Under the pieces are notes generated by a model. The model made no database searches, was not told the origin of the DNA, and was given only the letters and a program-made list of their open reading frames with translations. Made by a program: the position numbers and the translations under genes. Positions 35,156 through 44,767 of a stretch of DNA of 64,000 nt are shown here, piece after piece. The stretch is from Bacteroidia bacterium. GTDB taxonomy: Bacteria; Bacteroidota; Bacteroidia; AKYH767-A; OLB10. The stretch covers positions 939-64,938 of the forward strand of contig JAGOJO010000006.1 of NCBI GenBank assembly GCA_017995075.1, read 5' to 3'. Within the stretch, counting starts at the first letter, position 1; each line of letters begins with the position of its first letter.

Positions 35156-35749
35156 ATGAAAGAGCTTAGCAAAGAAGAAAGCTTATCGATCATCACCTCG
35201 ATGATTGAAGCTACCAAAAAAGATCTTCAGGACAATGGTTCCTGGTATCTACTCTGGGGATGGCTGGTGTTTATCGCCTGTGCAATTCACTATTCATTGA
35301 TGAAAGTCGGTTACGAACATCCTTATTATGCATGGATACTGATGCCTGTGGGCGGAGTAATCAGTGTGGTAAAAGGAATACGCGAAGAAAAACAACAACG
35401 GGTTAAAACCTTCGTCGATGACTTTATGCGATATGTCCTGATTGCATTCTTAGTATGTATGCTAATGGTGCTATTCAACAGTGGTGTATTAAAACTTACA
35501 ACATACCCACTTCTAATGATGGTTTATGGAGTATGGTTGTTCTTGAGTGGTGGAGCATTATCCTTTCGTCCGCTCTTGATCGGTGGTATCATTAACTGGG
35601 CGCTGGCCGTTATCGGATTCTATGTCGGATTTGAAACACAATTGCTCTTGCTAGCAGCTGCTGTTATGTTTGGATATATTATTCCGGGCTATATGTTACG
35701 CAGTCGTTATAATAAAGCCAGTCGCGAAAATGTAACCTCATTTGCCTAA
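35156..35749 (+). CDS. integral membrane protein (4-5 TM), unknown function
   Basis: 197 aa with several hydrophobic helices. It is followed 4 nt later by a winged-helix regulator gene. Confidence 0.7.
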   Translation: MKELSKEESLSIITSMIEATKKDLQDNGSWYLLWGWLVFIACAIHYSLMKVGYEHPYYAWILMPVGGVISVVKGIREEKQQRVKTFVDDFMRYVLIAFLVCMLMVLFNSGVLKLTTYPLLMMVYGVWLFLSGGALSFRPLLIGGIINWALAVIGFYVGFETQLLLLAAAVMFGYIIPGYMLRSRYNKASRENVTSFA

Positions 35750-35753
35750 TCAC

Positions 35754-36050
35754 ATGTACATGTTTAAAGATCTGGATCCATTATTGCACCAACAACTTCG
35801 ACTGTCGATCATGTCGTTGTTGATGAGTGTGAAGGAGGCCGAGTTTACGTTTATCAGAGAGAAAACCGGAGCAAGTGCCGGTAATCTGAGCGTGCAGATC
35901 AATAAACTTGCAGAAGCGGATTACATCAAAGTGCAGAAAACATTTCGAGATAACTATCCGTTGACAACCTGTGCGGTTACAGATAAAGGAAAACACTCTT
36001 TTGAATCGTATGTAAAATCACTGCAGGAATATCTGAAACCCGGCGTCTGA
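35754..36050 (+). CDS. winged-helix (MarR/ArsR-like, HTH_34-type) transcriptional regulator
   Basis: 'LHQQLRLSIMSLLMSVKEAEFTFIREKTGASAGNLSVQINKLAEADYIKVQK' shows a wHTH pattern. The start is ATG at 35754 or 35760; the track's TTG at 35742 overlaps the upstream gene. Confidence 0.8.
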   Translation: MYMFKDLDPLLHQQLRLSIMSLLMSVKEAEFTFIREKTGASAGNLSVQINKLAEADYIKVQKTFRDNYPLTTCAVTDKGKHSFESYVKSLQEYLKPGV

Positions 36051-36060
36051 TCTCCTTCCT

Positions 36061-36103
36061 AAAAAAAGAGGCTGTTCCGAAATTCGAAACAGCCTCTTTT
36101 TTT
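36061..36103. terminator. bidirectional rho-independent terminator between convergent genes
   Basis: 'aaaaaaagaggctgtt ccgaaattcg aaacagcctcttttttt': a perfect stem flanked by an A-run and a T-run. Confidence 0.8.
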
Positions 36104-36159
36104 ATGTGGTTTAATCTACAGAATATAAATTAACATATTCCATAATACTTCATCAGAAA

Positions 36160-37449
36160 TTATTCTGCAAACCCGTATTTTACCATGTAACGGCGATAGA
36201 GTTCCTTTTGATAATTATCCAGATCTATCATTCTACCCTGAATAAATGCCATCTCCACTTTGTTACCAGTCATGTCCAATGCATCTCCGGTGGAAATAAA
36301 CAAGGTAGCATCTTTACCATCTTCCAATGTGCCGCAGAGGGAATCTACTCCCAGAATCCGGGCAGGACTCGATGTGATGGCCATCAATGCTTCTTCTTTT
36401 GAAAGTCCATACCCTGCAGCAGAACCGGCCTGAAAACCAAGATTACGTTGTTGCCAGAATCCATCATCAGCGATGGCAAATTCAATTCCTGCCTGTTTGA
36501 GCAGATACGGCAATTTGTATTTCATGTCAACATCTTCGTCCTCACGGAATGGAACAGAATGTGTACGGATTAAAATCACCGGAATATTCCGCGACTTCAA
36601 TACATCTGTTACTCGCCAGCTATCTGCACCACCTGCGATTACAATTTTCAAATTGTATTTATCAGCAAAAGCTGCGGCCTCAATGATCTCTCTGGCAAAA
36701 TCACATCGCACATAAAGTTTCTTTGTTCCATTGAATAAACCACGCATTGCTTCCAGGTGCAAATTCATTGGCTGACCGCTTGAATTAGCGTAGGCATTCG
36801 CTTCGTCGAATAATTTAAACAAGGCCTTCAGATTTTTCTCATTGCGTTCCTTTTGCTCATCTTCCGGATCAGCCCATGGAGCTTTATAGATCCGCATCGA
36901 GGGCCAGTTCACCCAAATACCTTCGTCTGTTTTCATCACGGCATCCTCCCAATTCCATGCATCCAGTTGCACCAGTGAAGAACTGCCGGAGAGCAATCCG
37001 CCCTGAGGAACAATTTGCGCCATGAGTATACCATTATCACGAACAGTTGGAATCACCCGCGAATCGGTGTTATAGGCAATAACAGCACGCGCACTGGGAT
37101 TGAGCCAGCCCGATTCCCTGAAATCGTTCGTAGCACGTACCAGTTCCAGATCACTTAAACCAAGATTCGTGTTCATGGCGATAAATCCGGGATAAACATG
37201 TTTATCATGCACATAAATAATTGTATCAAATGCGCGTGGATCCGGCTTGAATCCTTTGGCATCCATAATGAAACTGATTTTGCCACCGAGCAATCCGATA
37301 GCACTCATATCAATTACATTTCCGTTGCCAATATGTGCCTTCGCTCCGAGAAGCAGAATGCGTTTTTGACCGCTAACCGGAGCCGGACGCTGCGCCGATG
37401 CACTAACGGTTACGAATAGGAGAAACAGGAGAATATGTTGGAGTCGCAT
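36160..37449 (-). CDS. secreted amidohydrolase-fold protein lacking the HxH metal motif
   Basis: Signal peptide 'VTVSASAQ'. Amidohydrolase-like layout, but the 'PGFID.H.H' position reads 'YPGFIAMNTNLG'. Its ATG lies 3 nt after the upstream stop. Confidence 0.8.
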   Translation of the reverse strand: MRLQHILLFLLFVTVSASAQRPAPVSGQKRILLLGAKAHIGNGNVIDMSAIGLLGGKISFIMDAKGFKPDPRAFDTIIYVHDKHVYPGFIAMNTNLGLSDLELVRATNDFRESGWLNPSARAVIAYNTDSRVIPTVRDNGILMAQIVPQGGLLSGSSSLVQLDAWNWEDAVMKTDEGIWVNWPSMRIYKAPWADPEDEQKERNEKNLKALFKLFDEANAYANSSGQPMNLHLEAMRGLFNGTKKLYVRCDFAREIIEAAAFADKYNLKIVIAGGADSWRVTDVLKSRNIPVILIRTHSVPFREDEDVDMKYKLPYLLKQAGIEFAIADDGFWQQRNLGFQAGSAAGYGLSKEEALMAITSSPARILGVDSLCGTLEDGKDATLFISTGDALDMTGNKVEMAFIQGRMIDLDNYQKELYRRYMVKYGFAE

Positions 37450-37452
37450 AGT

Positions 37453-40400
37453 TTAGTGAGGTAAATGTTCTAAATCGTTACAATGATACTCTTCTTGCAA
37501 GGTAGTAGAAGGACGTTGCATACTGCCTCCGCCTGCTTTTTCATCCTGCATTTTACGGATGAGGCGGTTACGTTCTGCTTCATCTCTCTTCCGCAACTCT
37601 TCATCACGTTTGAGATCGAAATAAAGTACACCATCTACATAAGTTTGTTCAGGCTTTGAATACACTGATAATGGCGGACCGTTCCACAGAACCAGATCTG
37701 CATCTTTACCAATCTTTATACTGCCTACTTGCGCATCAATATGCAGCAGTTTGGCCGGATTCAGGGTCACAAATTTCAACGCTTCTTCTTCCGGAACATT
37801 TCCGTACTTCACAGCTTTGGCAGCTTCCTGATTCAATCGCCGGGCCATTTCTGCATCGTCGCTGTTGAACGCAGTTACAATTCCATTCTTATACAGAAGT
37901 GCTCCATTGTAGGGAATCGCATCAATCACCTCGTATTTATACGCCCACCAGTCGGCGAAAGAAGACCCGCCTGCTCCATGTGCTTTCATTTTATCTGCTA
38001 CTTTATATCCTTCCAGAATGTGCGTGAAGGTGTTTACAGTAAACCCAAATGAATCGGCTACATGCATGAGCATATTGATCTCACCTTGCTGATAACTGTG
38101 GCAGGTGATAAATCGCTTTTTATTTAAAATCTCTGCAAGTGCTTCCAGTTCGAGATCACGGCGAGGCATTACTGAAGGTTTTCCTGCCTTGAAGGAAGTC
38201 CATGCTGAGTGATATGCCTTTGCTCTGTTGAATCCATCGAAATAGATTTGCTCTACTCCCATTCGGGTTTGAGGATAACGGGTCACATTGTTATCTCCCC
38301 AGTTTGTCTGTTTAACATTCTCTCCTAAAGCAAATTTGATAAACGGATCAGCGCCTTTGAATTTCAGTTCTTCGGCGGTACGTCCCCATCTCAATTTAAT
38401 CAATGCTGTTTGTCCGCCCACTGCGTTTGCACTTCCATGAAGCAGATGTGATGTAGTTACTCCACCGGCGAGTTGGCGGTAAATATCTACATCATCCGGA
38501 TCCAGTACATCACCAATGCGTACTTCCGAAGTGATGGATTGTGTTCCTTCATTCACACCTTCATTGATAGCTATATGACTATGTTCATCGATGATTCCCG
38601 GAGTAAGGTGTTTTCCGGTTCCATCAATCACAGTTATACCTGAATAGTTCGGTTTCTCATTAGGACCAGGTTTTCCGATCGCGACAATCTTTCCATCACG
38701 AATCAACACATCGGTTTCTTTTAGTACACCTTCTTTTTCGCAGGTCCATACCGTTACATTGTGGAATAAAACTGCACCTGCTTTAGGAATAGAAGTAGTA
38801 TTCTCCCATCCAAAGGCCATCATTGGAGCAAATACGCGTGACATCACGAAGGAAGAATCCTTACGTGCAGAGTCTTTTTTCTCTTCAGCCGGACCTTCTT
38901 TTATAGCAGTCCATGTGATCCATTTTCCGGCAGGCGTTTGTCCCTGACCGTTAATGCTCTTTCCATCTTCCGAAACACTTCCATTCAACCGGTACATGCC
39001 TTTTCCTTTGCCTGTTTCAAACTTGAATGTCCACTGTGAACTAAAGGAAGAAGATTCCATTTTGATCTTCATCGTATCTCTTTGCAGATTCCAGTCTGGT
39101 GCATTCATATCGCCGGAAGCAACCAGCTGCCATCCTTTCAAAGTATCTACCGACAAGGCATACTTCCCTCTCAAATCAAGACTATCTGCCGTACGGATGA
39201 TATATCTTTTTCCGGCAACCCAGCTTTCGATCAGTTGATTGTCTTTTTCAAAAAAGTCTTTGCTGCAGATAAAGAAATTAGCGAGCATGCCGGGTTTAAT
39301 TGCTCCCAATTTATCACTCACTCCAAACATAGCTGCAGGAACAAGTGTCAAAGAACGCAATGCTGCTTCCTTGCTGAGTCCATGCTTTACCGCTTTCTGT
39401 AAGGCGGGAATAAACTCCTTTTTCTCTTTTAACCCATCGCTTGTGAGGGCAAATTCCACGCCCGCTTTTTCAAGTATGGCAGCGTTGGCCGGAGCGAGTT
39501 CCCAATGTTTCATCTCACCCAGACTCACATTCAGTGCATCAAACGGATTGCTTACATCATACGCTTTCGGAAAAACCAATGGAAGAATGAACTTACTTCC
39601 GGTAGCCTTAATTTCTGCTGCGCGTTTGTATTCATCTCCAACTCCTTTGATGATATAGTTAATGTTGAACTCCTCACCAATTTTATCAGCACGAAAAGCC
39701 GAACGATAATCTTTCACTTCAAAAACTTGTGGGAGACTTCTGTTGGAATTAAATGCTTCAAGCGAAATATTAAACTCACGCGCTGTTACTTTACTGTACC
39801 AATCGGCATCCAGATAGGTCTGACGAAGCAGGGCAATCGAACCCATGAGCGAAGAAGGATAATCCTGTATAGAAGACCCTTTGTTAAAAGAGAACATCTG
39901 AGCAACACGGTCTTTCAGGATTAAATTGTGAGGTTTATCTTCTCCAAGCAACACCAGCGCCGCTGTTCCACGGGCAATTCCATCCTTTTGTAACGTTAAT
40001 GCAGTACCGAAACCAAGCTTTCTCAGTTCTTCGGCGCGTTTTAAATCGGCATCGAAATTTTCGCAGGCATTGTATTCTGGATGGATGGCCTGATTCCAGT
40101 TCAAAGCACCCGGATTCGGATTATCGTTTTGAGGTCCACGTTCGCGACGACCACCTTCGCGTGACTGCTTCTGCTCCGGAATCCCATAACCTGAATACGA
40201 TTCAATGAACGCCGGATAAATGTACTTGCCTTTAAGGTCATATACCACCGCACCAGCCGGAATCGGAAGATTGGGTCCCGCCTGCAGAATCTTATCCTTT
40301 TGGATAATGAGGACAGCATTTTTCACCACCGTTGCTGCATCAACCACGAGGGTAGCATTCCGGAAAACGAATATGGTATTCCGGTCATCAGAAAGTCCTT

Positions 40401-40485
40401 CCACGGGTTTGGTGGTCTGGGCCCAAAGACCGGATTGCACCAAAATGAACGTGAATAACAATGTTAGTATTTTTCTCATAGCCAT
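37453..40485 (-). CDS. secreted double-domain amidohydrolase family protein (1010 aa)
   Basis: Signal peptide. In the N-terminal domain the motif position reads 'YPAFIESYSGYG' (degenerate). The C-terminal domain reads 'TPGIIDEHSHIAINEG' (canonical HxH). Confidence 0.85.
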   Translation of the reverse strand: MAMRKILTLLFTFILVQSGLWAQTTKPVEGLSDDRNTIFVFRNATLVVDAATVVKNAVLIIQKDKILQAGPNLPIPAGAVVYDLKGKYIYPAFIESYSGYGIPEQKQSREGGRRERGPQNDNPNPGALNWNQAIHPEYNACENFDADLKRAEELRKLGFGTALTLQKDGIARGTAALVLLGEDKPHNLILKDRVAQMFSFNKGSSIQDYPSSLMGSIALLRQTYLDADWYSKVTAREFNISLEAFNSNRSLPQVFEVKDYRSAFRADKIGEEFNINYIIKGVGDEYKRAAEIKATGSKFILPLVFPKAYDVSNPFDALNVSLGEMKHWELAPANAAILEKAGVEFALTSDGLKEKKEFIPALQKAVKHGLSKEAALRSLTLVPAAMFGVSDKLGAIKPGMLANFFICSKDFFEKDNQLIESWVAGKRYIIRTADSLDLRGKYALSVDTLKGWQLVASGDMNAPDWNLQRDTMKIKMESSSFSSQWTFKFETGKGKGMYRLNGSVSEDGKSINGQGQTPAGKWITWTAIKEGPAEEKKDSARKDSSFVMSRVFAPMMAFGWENTTSIPKAGAVLFHNVTVWTCEKEGVLKETDVLIRDGKIVAIGKPGPNEKPNYSGITVIDGTGKHLTPGIIDEHSHIAINEGVNEGTQSITSEVRIGDVLDPDDVDIYRQLAGGVTTSHLLHGSANAVGGQTALIKLRWGRTAEELKFKGADPFIKFALGENVKQTNWGDNNVTRYPQTRMGVEQIYFDGFNRAKAYHSAWTSFKAGKPSVMPRRDLELEALAEILNKKRFITCHSYQQGEINMLMHVADSFGFTVNTFTHILEGYKVADKMKAHGAGGSSFADWWAYKYEVIDAIPYNGALLYKNGIVTAFNSDDAEMARRLNQEAAKAVKYGNVPEEEALKFVTLNPAKLLHIDAQVGSIKIGKDADLVLWNGPPLSVYSKPEQTYVDGVLYFDLKRDEELRKRDEAERNRLIRKMQDEKAGGGSMQRPSTTLQEEYHCNDLEHLPH

Positions 40486-40582
40486 TTCTAAGCTGGATCA
40501 CGAAGGTAATAGTTTTATAACCGTGACCGGAAAGAAAAAAGTACTGACAACCGTCTTTGTTAAGTACAACAAAAACTAAGAG

Positions 40583-42097
40583 ATGTCCGAAAGCCGAACC
40601 CCGCAAGACCCTTCATATCAACTTTTTCGGCTCCCGAAGGAGAAGGTGGTTCTCGACTTTGTGCTTCAGAAACTCTGCGAAGGCGGAAGTCCGGACCGTT
40701 ATGAAATGGTGGATTCCCTGCTGACAATGTACAGGACTTCAGCCGGTTTCGACCCATTCGCCTTGACCAAAGGACGCTTTAAACGGATGAAAGCGGCCGA
40801 ATTTAAGCAGCATCTTCTGGAAATCGACCGCGAAATCGGATCTCTGATCAATAGCGATGATTACCGTCACCACCTGGCCCAGCAAAGCGGGTTCGATCCT
40901 TTGTTTAAAGAATACTCCGAGTTGTCGAAAGGTGTGATTCTGCATCCTGCGATGTCACTTACCTCCGAACTCGAGCATTTCGAAAAGGCGTGTACCACAT
41001 TGGAAGCTGAAGAAATACTACTGACATTTTATCGTAAGCATACCGGTTTTCTGGAAGAAATCTATCGCTCGGAAGGTCCCGACGAGTTCCTGAGCCGATA
41101 CGATCAGGCACTGGAACGTCAACGTCAATTGCAACGTCAGTTCCGGTTGGGTTTTGAGTTGATACGAATGGAGCAGGCTGCTGATAAAGGAATCTTTGAC
41201 GAAACGAAGTCGCTTGCCTTGTTACAGGAGCTGGGTGTTCTACTTACACTTGAAAAAAACAAGCAACACCGGTACAGTTTGCTCTTATTCATTGCACGTA
41301 CCTGTCTACTAACGGCGACGCCTGGCCGAAATTTATCTCCCTACTTGCATTTCCTGGCTGAATATGCTGACCAGCTTCTCCTCCATCGTCCCGAGGCGCA
41401 ACGTTTTGTGTACAGCATATTGGCTCAATATAAAATCGATGCCGGTCGTGATCAACGAATCCACTGGCTGGAACTAGCCGAAGCAGAAGTAAAACAACTG
41501 GAACTGCATGATGAGCGTCCGGGCTTACGTTTTATTCGCTGTATGATCGAGACGGATGCAGGGAGAATTGAAGAGGCACTTCGCAGTCTGAACGAAGCGG
41601 AACATCTGATCTACAAAGCATCGAACAGAAGTCTGGCCGCGCGGAATAACTGGGTTCGCCTGAGTGAATTCAGAACGCTACTCTTTACTTTACAGGCGTT
41701 GGAAGGAGATGCTACACGAATCGAGCAGATGACCTTACTGCAGCAATTAGCCGAAGACATGGGTCGTCACCGTCAGGAAATCTCTGTGATGTTACTCGAA
41801 TGGAGAGGGCTTCAATCATTTCTGCGTAAGGATTATTCAGAGGCATTAGGGTACTTCGACCGCGCGAAAGGATATCGAAAGAACGGAGAAGAGCACCCGT
41901 GGTTTCAGCTCGATAAGTTCTTCTGCGTATTGCTGGGAAAAAGTAAGAAGAAGAACAGTTTGGCAGAGATAGCCCTTCAATCCGAACAGCTCAGCGAACC
42001 ATTTTACAGCAAAGTCACCGGTGCCATCTTTAAACTGGCTGATGTTGCTGCGGGCATGAAGGAAGAAGATAAAAAACTTCAACCGGGAATAGAATAA
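40583..42097 (+). CDS. cytoplasmic all-alpha hypothetical protein (504 aa)
   Basis: No signal peptide. Leu/Glu/Arg-rich helical composition with TPR-like stretches ('EEALRSLNEAEHLIYKA','YSEALGYFDRAKGY'). Family not recognised. Confidence 0.7.
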   Translation: MSESRTPQDPSYQLFRLPKEKVVLDFVLQKLCEGGSPDRYEMVDSLLTMYRTSAGFDPFALTKGRFKRMKAAEFKQHLLEIDREIGSLINSDDYRHHLAQQSGFDPLFKEYSELSKGVILHPAMSLTSELEHFEKACTTLEAEEILLTFYRKHTGFLEEIYRSEGPDEFLSRYDQALERQRQLQRQFRLGFELIRMEQAADKGIFDETKSLALLQELGVLLTLEKNKQHRYSLLLFIARTCLLTATPGRNLSPYLHFLAEYADQLLLHRPEAQRFVYSILAQYKIDAGRDQRIHWLELAEAEVKQLELHDERPGLRFIRCMIETDAGRIEEALRSLNEAEHLIYKASNRSLAARNNWVRLSEFRTLLFTLQALEGDATRIEQMTLLQQLAEDMGRHRQEISVMLLEWRGLQSFLRKDYSEALGYFDRAKGYRKNGEEHPWFQLDKFFCVLLGKSKKKNSLAEIALQSEQLSEPFYSKVTGAIFKLADVAAGMKEEDKKLQPGIE

Positions 42098-42157
42098 TAA
42101 TTTAAGTTCTTCTGAACTTTTTTGCAACAAAAGAGTTATTCTGGTTACATTCGTACT

Positions 42158-43132
42158 ATGAACTCATTAAAAAGATATTGTGTACTGCTGATTTTATGGG
42201 TGCTTGCTGCCTGTCAACCTGCCACTCAGTCGACCACCGGTACTGAGCCACCTCTTGTTGCTTTTATTGATTACACTGCAGATGCGACCTTAGAGAAAGC
42301 AAAGACAGGTTTCTTTGATGCGTTGAAAGAAGCAGGATTTAGTGAGGACAGCAATACCATTCGTGTACTTTACAGAAATGCACAAGGAGATCAGCCTACT
42401 TTGCTGCAGGCGGTAGACTATATTGTTTCACAACAACCGATATTGATCGCAACTAATACCACACTTGCCACTGTGAATACAGTACAGCGCAACCGTGAGA
42501 TTCCGGTCTTTATGATGGTTGCTCCTCGTCCGGATATTGCAGGATTACGTGATAAATCCGGTAAAGATCCGTCCAACTTGTTCGGCACCTACGAAACGCT
42601 GGACTATATCGATACCTCTGCGGCTTTGATTCACCAGTTATTCCCTGCTGCACGTAGGGTTGGTACTATCTACAGTCAGTCGGAATCGCAAAGTGTTGAT
42701 GCTCTTAACAGACTATCGGTGATGTGCAAAAAATCAGGACTGCAGCTCGAAGCAATTCCGGTCAGCAATACTGCCGAAACGCAACTGATTACACAAACCT
42801 TACTATCTAAAAACATCGATGTATTTTTTGCACTACCTGACAATGTGATATTCTCATCGTTTGAAACGGTATTAAAAAGTTGCGAGGAAAAAAACATACC
42901 CATTATTACCAGCGAAGCCGGACTCGTAAGCAGAGGGGCCTTAGCCAGTTTCGGTGCCGATATGTATTCCTGGGGATATCAATCAGGAGTGCAGGCTGCA
43001 GCATATTTAAAAAGCAACAACTCCTCCACATTGAAACCGGAGATTGTTCAAACACGACTTCGTGTTATGAATAAAATCGCTGCAGAAAAATATCATCCTG
43101 TATCGGATAGTACTTTCACTATGATTCCCTGA
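42158..43132 (+). CDS. ABC transporter substrate-binding lipoprotein (ABC_sub_bind / ABC.X4-type)
   Basis: Lipobox 'LILWVLAAC' (ATG at 42158; the track's TTG at 42122 adds 12 aa). Periplasmic-binding-fold layout, directly upstream of a cognate permease and ATPase. Confidence 0.8.
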   Translation: MNSLKRYCVLLILWVLAACQPATQSTTGTEPPLVAFIDYTADATLEKAKTGFFDALKEAGFSEDSNTIRVLYRNAQGDQPTLLQAVDYIVSQQPILIATNTTLATVNTVQRNREIPVFMMVAPRPDIAGLRDKSGKDPSNLFGTYETLDYIDTSAALIHQLFPAARRVGTIYSQSESQSVDALNRLSVMCKKSGLQLEAIPVSNTAETQLITQTLLSKNIDVFFALPDNVIFSSFETVLKSCEEKNIPIITSEAGLVSRGALASFGADMYSWGYQSGVQAAAYLKSNNSSTLKPEIVQTRLRVMNKIAAEKYHPVSDSTFTMIP

Positions 43133-43140
43133 ACAATAAG

Positions 43141-44013
43141 ATGAATGCCAGCTTTCTGATCACCGCGCTTATACAAGGCATTGCCTTTGCAGGACTAGGC
43201 TATGGCATTTATCTTTCATTGCGTATTTTTAAAATTCCGGATATCACTACAGATGGATCCTATACAACCGGTGGAGTAATCACAGCGATTTGTCTATCAT
43301 CGGGTGTTCATCCTGTGCTAACAGTGATACTTGCGATGCTCAGTGGTGCTCTTGCGGGAGCCTGTAGCGGAATCATCCACACGCGGTTAAAGGTCAACCC
43401 GCTGCTTGCCGGCATACTGGTAATGACAGCGCTCTACTCCATCAATCTACTGCTACTCGGTCGTCCAAATCTTCCATTACTGGATGTAAGTTCCATCTTT
43501 ACCATGCTGCCCGGAGGATCTGCGCTGGCAAAGACGATTATCAGTTTGGCCATATGCACCATCCTTGTTTTTCTATTACTATACTACTTGCTTCGTACCG
43601 ACTTTGGTATTGCGATGAGAGCCACCGGCAATAATGAAACCATGGTCAAAGCGATGGGTGTTAATGTAAGTTCAATGAAGATAACCGGACTTGCTCTAGC
43701 GAACGGACTTACTGCTCTCAGCGGCTCATTGATCACACAATATCAGGGATTCGCCGACATCAACATGGGAATTGGTATTGTGGTTTCTGGTCTGGGAGCA
43801 GTGATGATCGGAGAGACTTTTTTACCTGCTAAATCCTCACGCAATCTATTCGCTCAACTACTCGTGATACTGGCCGGATGCATCCTATTTCGGCTAGCCA
43901 TCGCCGTTGCATTATCTGCCGGAGTCGATCCAAATTATCTGCGGTTAATTACTGCACTCATAGTGTTATTGATTGTTGCCATCGGACAATACCGTAAATC
44001 ACCTGCTTTATGA
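43141..44013 (+). CDS. ABC transporter permease (ABC.X4-type)
   Basis: 290 aa, about 8 TM, Gly/Ala/Leu-rich. Its stop overlaps the ATPase start. Confidence 0.85.
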   Translation: MNASFLITALIQGIAFAGLGYGIYLSLRIFKIPDITTDGSYTTGGVITAICLSSGVHPVLTVILAMLSGALAGACSGIIHTRLKVNPLLAGILVMTALYSINLLLLGRPNLPLLDVSSIFTMLPGGSALAKTIISLAICTILVFLLLYYLLRTDFGIAMRATGNNETMVKAMGVNVSSMKITGLALANGLTALSGSLITQYQGFADINMGIGIVVSGLGAVMIGETFLPAKSSRNLFAQLLVILAGCILFRLAIAVALSAGVDPNYLRLITALIVLLIVAIGQYRKSPAL

Positions 44014-44762
44014 TAAAGTTGCAACAGCTGACAAAGACTTTCCCAGCCGGAGATGAACAGGTGATCACCGCACTAGATAAGTTCGATCTTGAGATCAACA
44101 AAGGTGATTTCACCGTGGTGATGGGCGCTAATGGTTCGGGGAAAAGCACACTCCTGAATATTCTGGCAGGAAATCTACAACCCGATAGTGGAAAGGTATT
44201 CCTAAATAATCTTGATATTACCCAGACACCAGAACATAAACGAAGCAGATTCATCGCACGTCTTTTTCAAAATCCACTCAGCGGCACAGCACCTGAACTC
44301 AGTATACTTGAAAATTTTCGTCTTGCTGCATTAAGAACTACCGGTAAAAAAATCAGGATAGGAACAGATAAAAATTTCAGAAACACGGTTGCAGCGGGTA
44401 TTCAAAGTCTCAACATGGGACTTGAAAACAAATTAGACGCAGCCATGGGCAGTTTGAGTGGCGGACAACGACAAGCATTAACATTGCTCATGTGCACCAT
44501 GGACACCTGTGATTTACTTTTGATGGACGAACCAACTTCTGCACTGGATCCACGATCAGCAGAAACAATCATGCACCTGGCCAACCGGATTATTCAGGAG
44601 AAAAAACTAACCGCTATTCTCATCACTCATCGTTTAAAAGATGGCATTACTTACGGAAACCGTCTGCTCTATCTGGAGAACGGAAAAATAAAACACGATT
44701 TTTCGGGCGACAAAAAAGCTTCATTAAAGAGCGAAGACCTCTTCCATTTATTTGGCGAATAG
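44010..44762 (+). CDS. ABC transporter ATP-binding protein (ABC.X4-type)
   Basis: Walker A 'GANGSGKST', signature 'LSGGQRQ', Walker B 'LLLMDEPTSALD'. ATGA overlap with the permease. Confidence 0.9.
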   Translation: MIKLQQLTKTFPAGDEQVITALDKFDLEINKGDFTVVMGANGSGKSTLLNILAGNLQPDSGKVFLNNLDITQTPEHKRSRFIARLFQNPLSGTAPELSILENFRLAALRTTGKKIRIGTDKNFRNTVAAGIQSLNMGLENKLDAAMGSLSGGQRQALTLLMCTMDTCDLLLMDEPTSALDPRSAETIMHLANRIIQEKKLTAILITHRLKDGITYGNRLLYLENGKIKHDFSGDKKASLKSEDLFHLFGE

Positions 44763-44767
44763 TTCTG

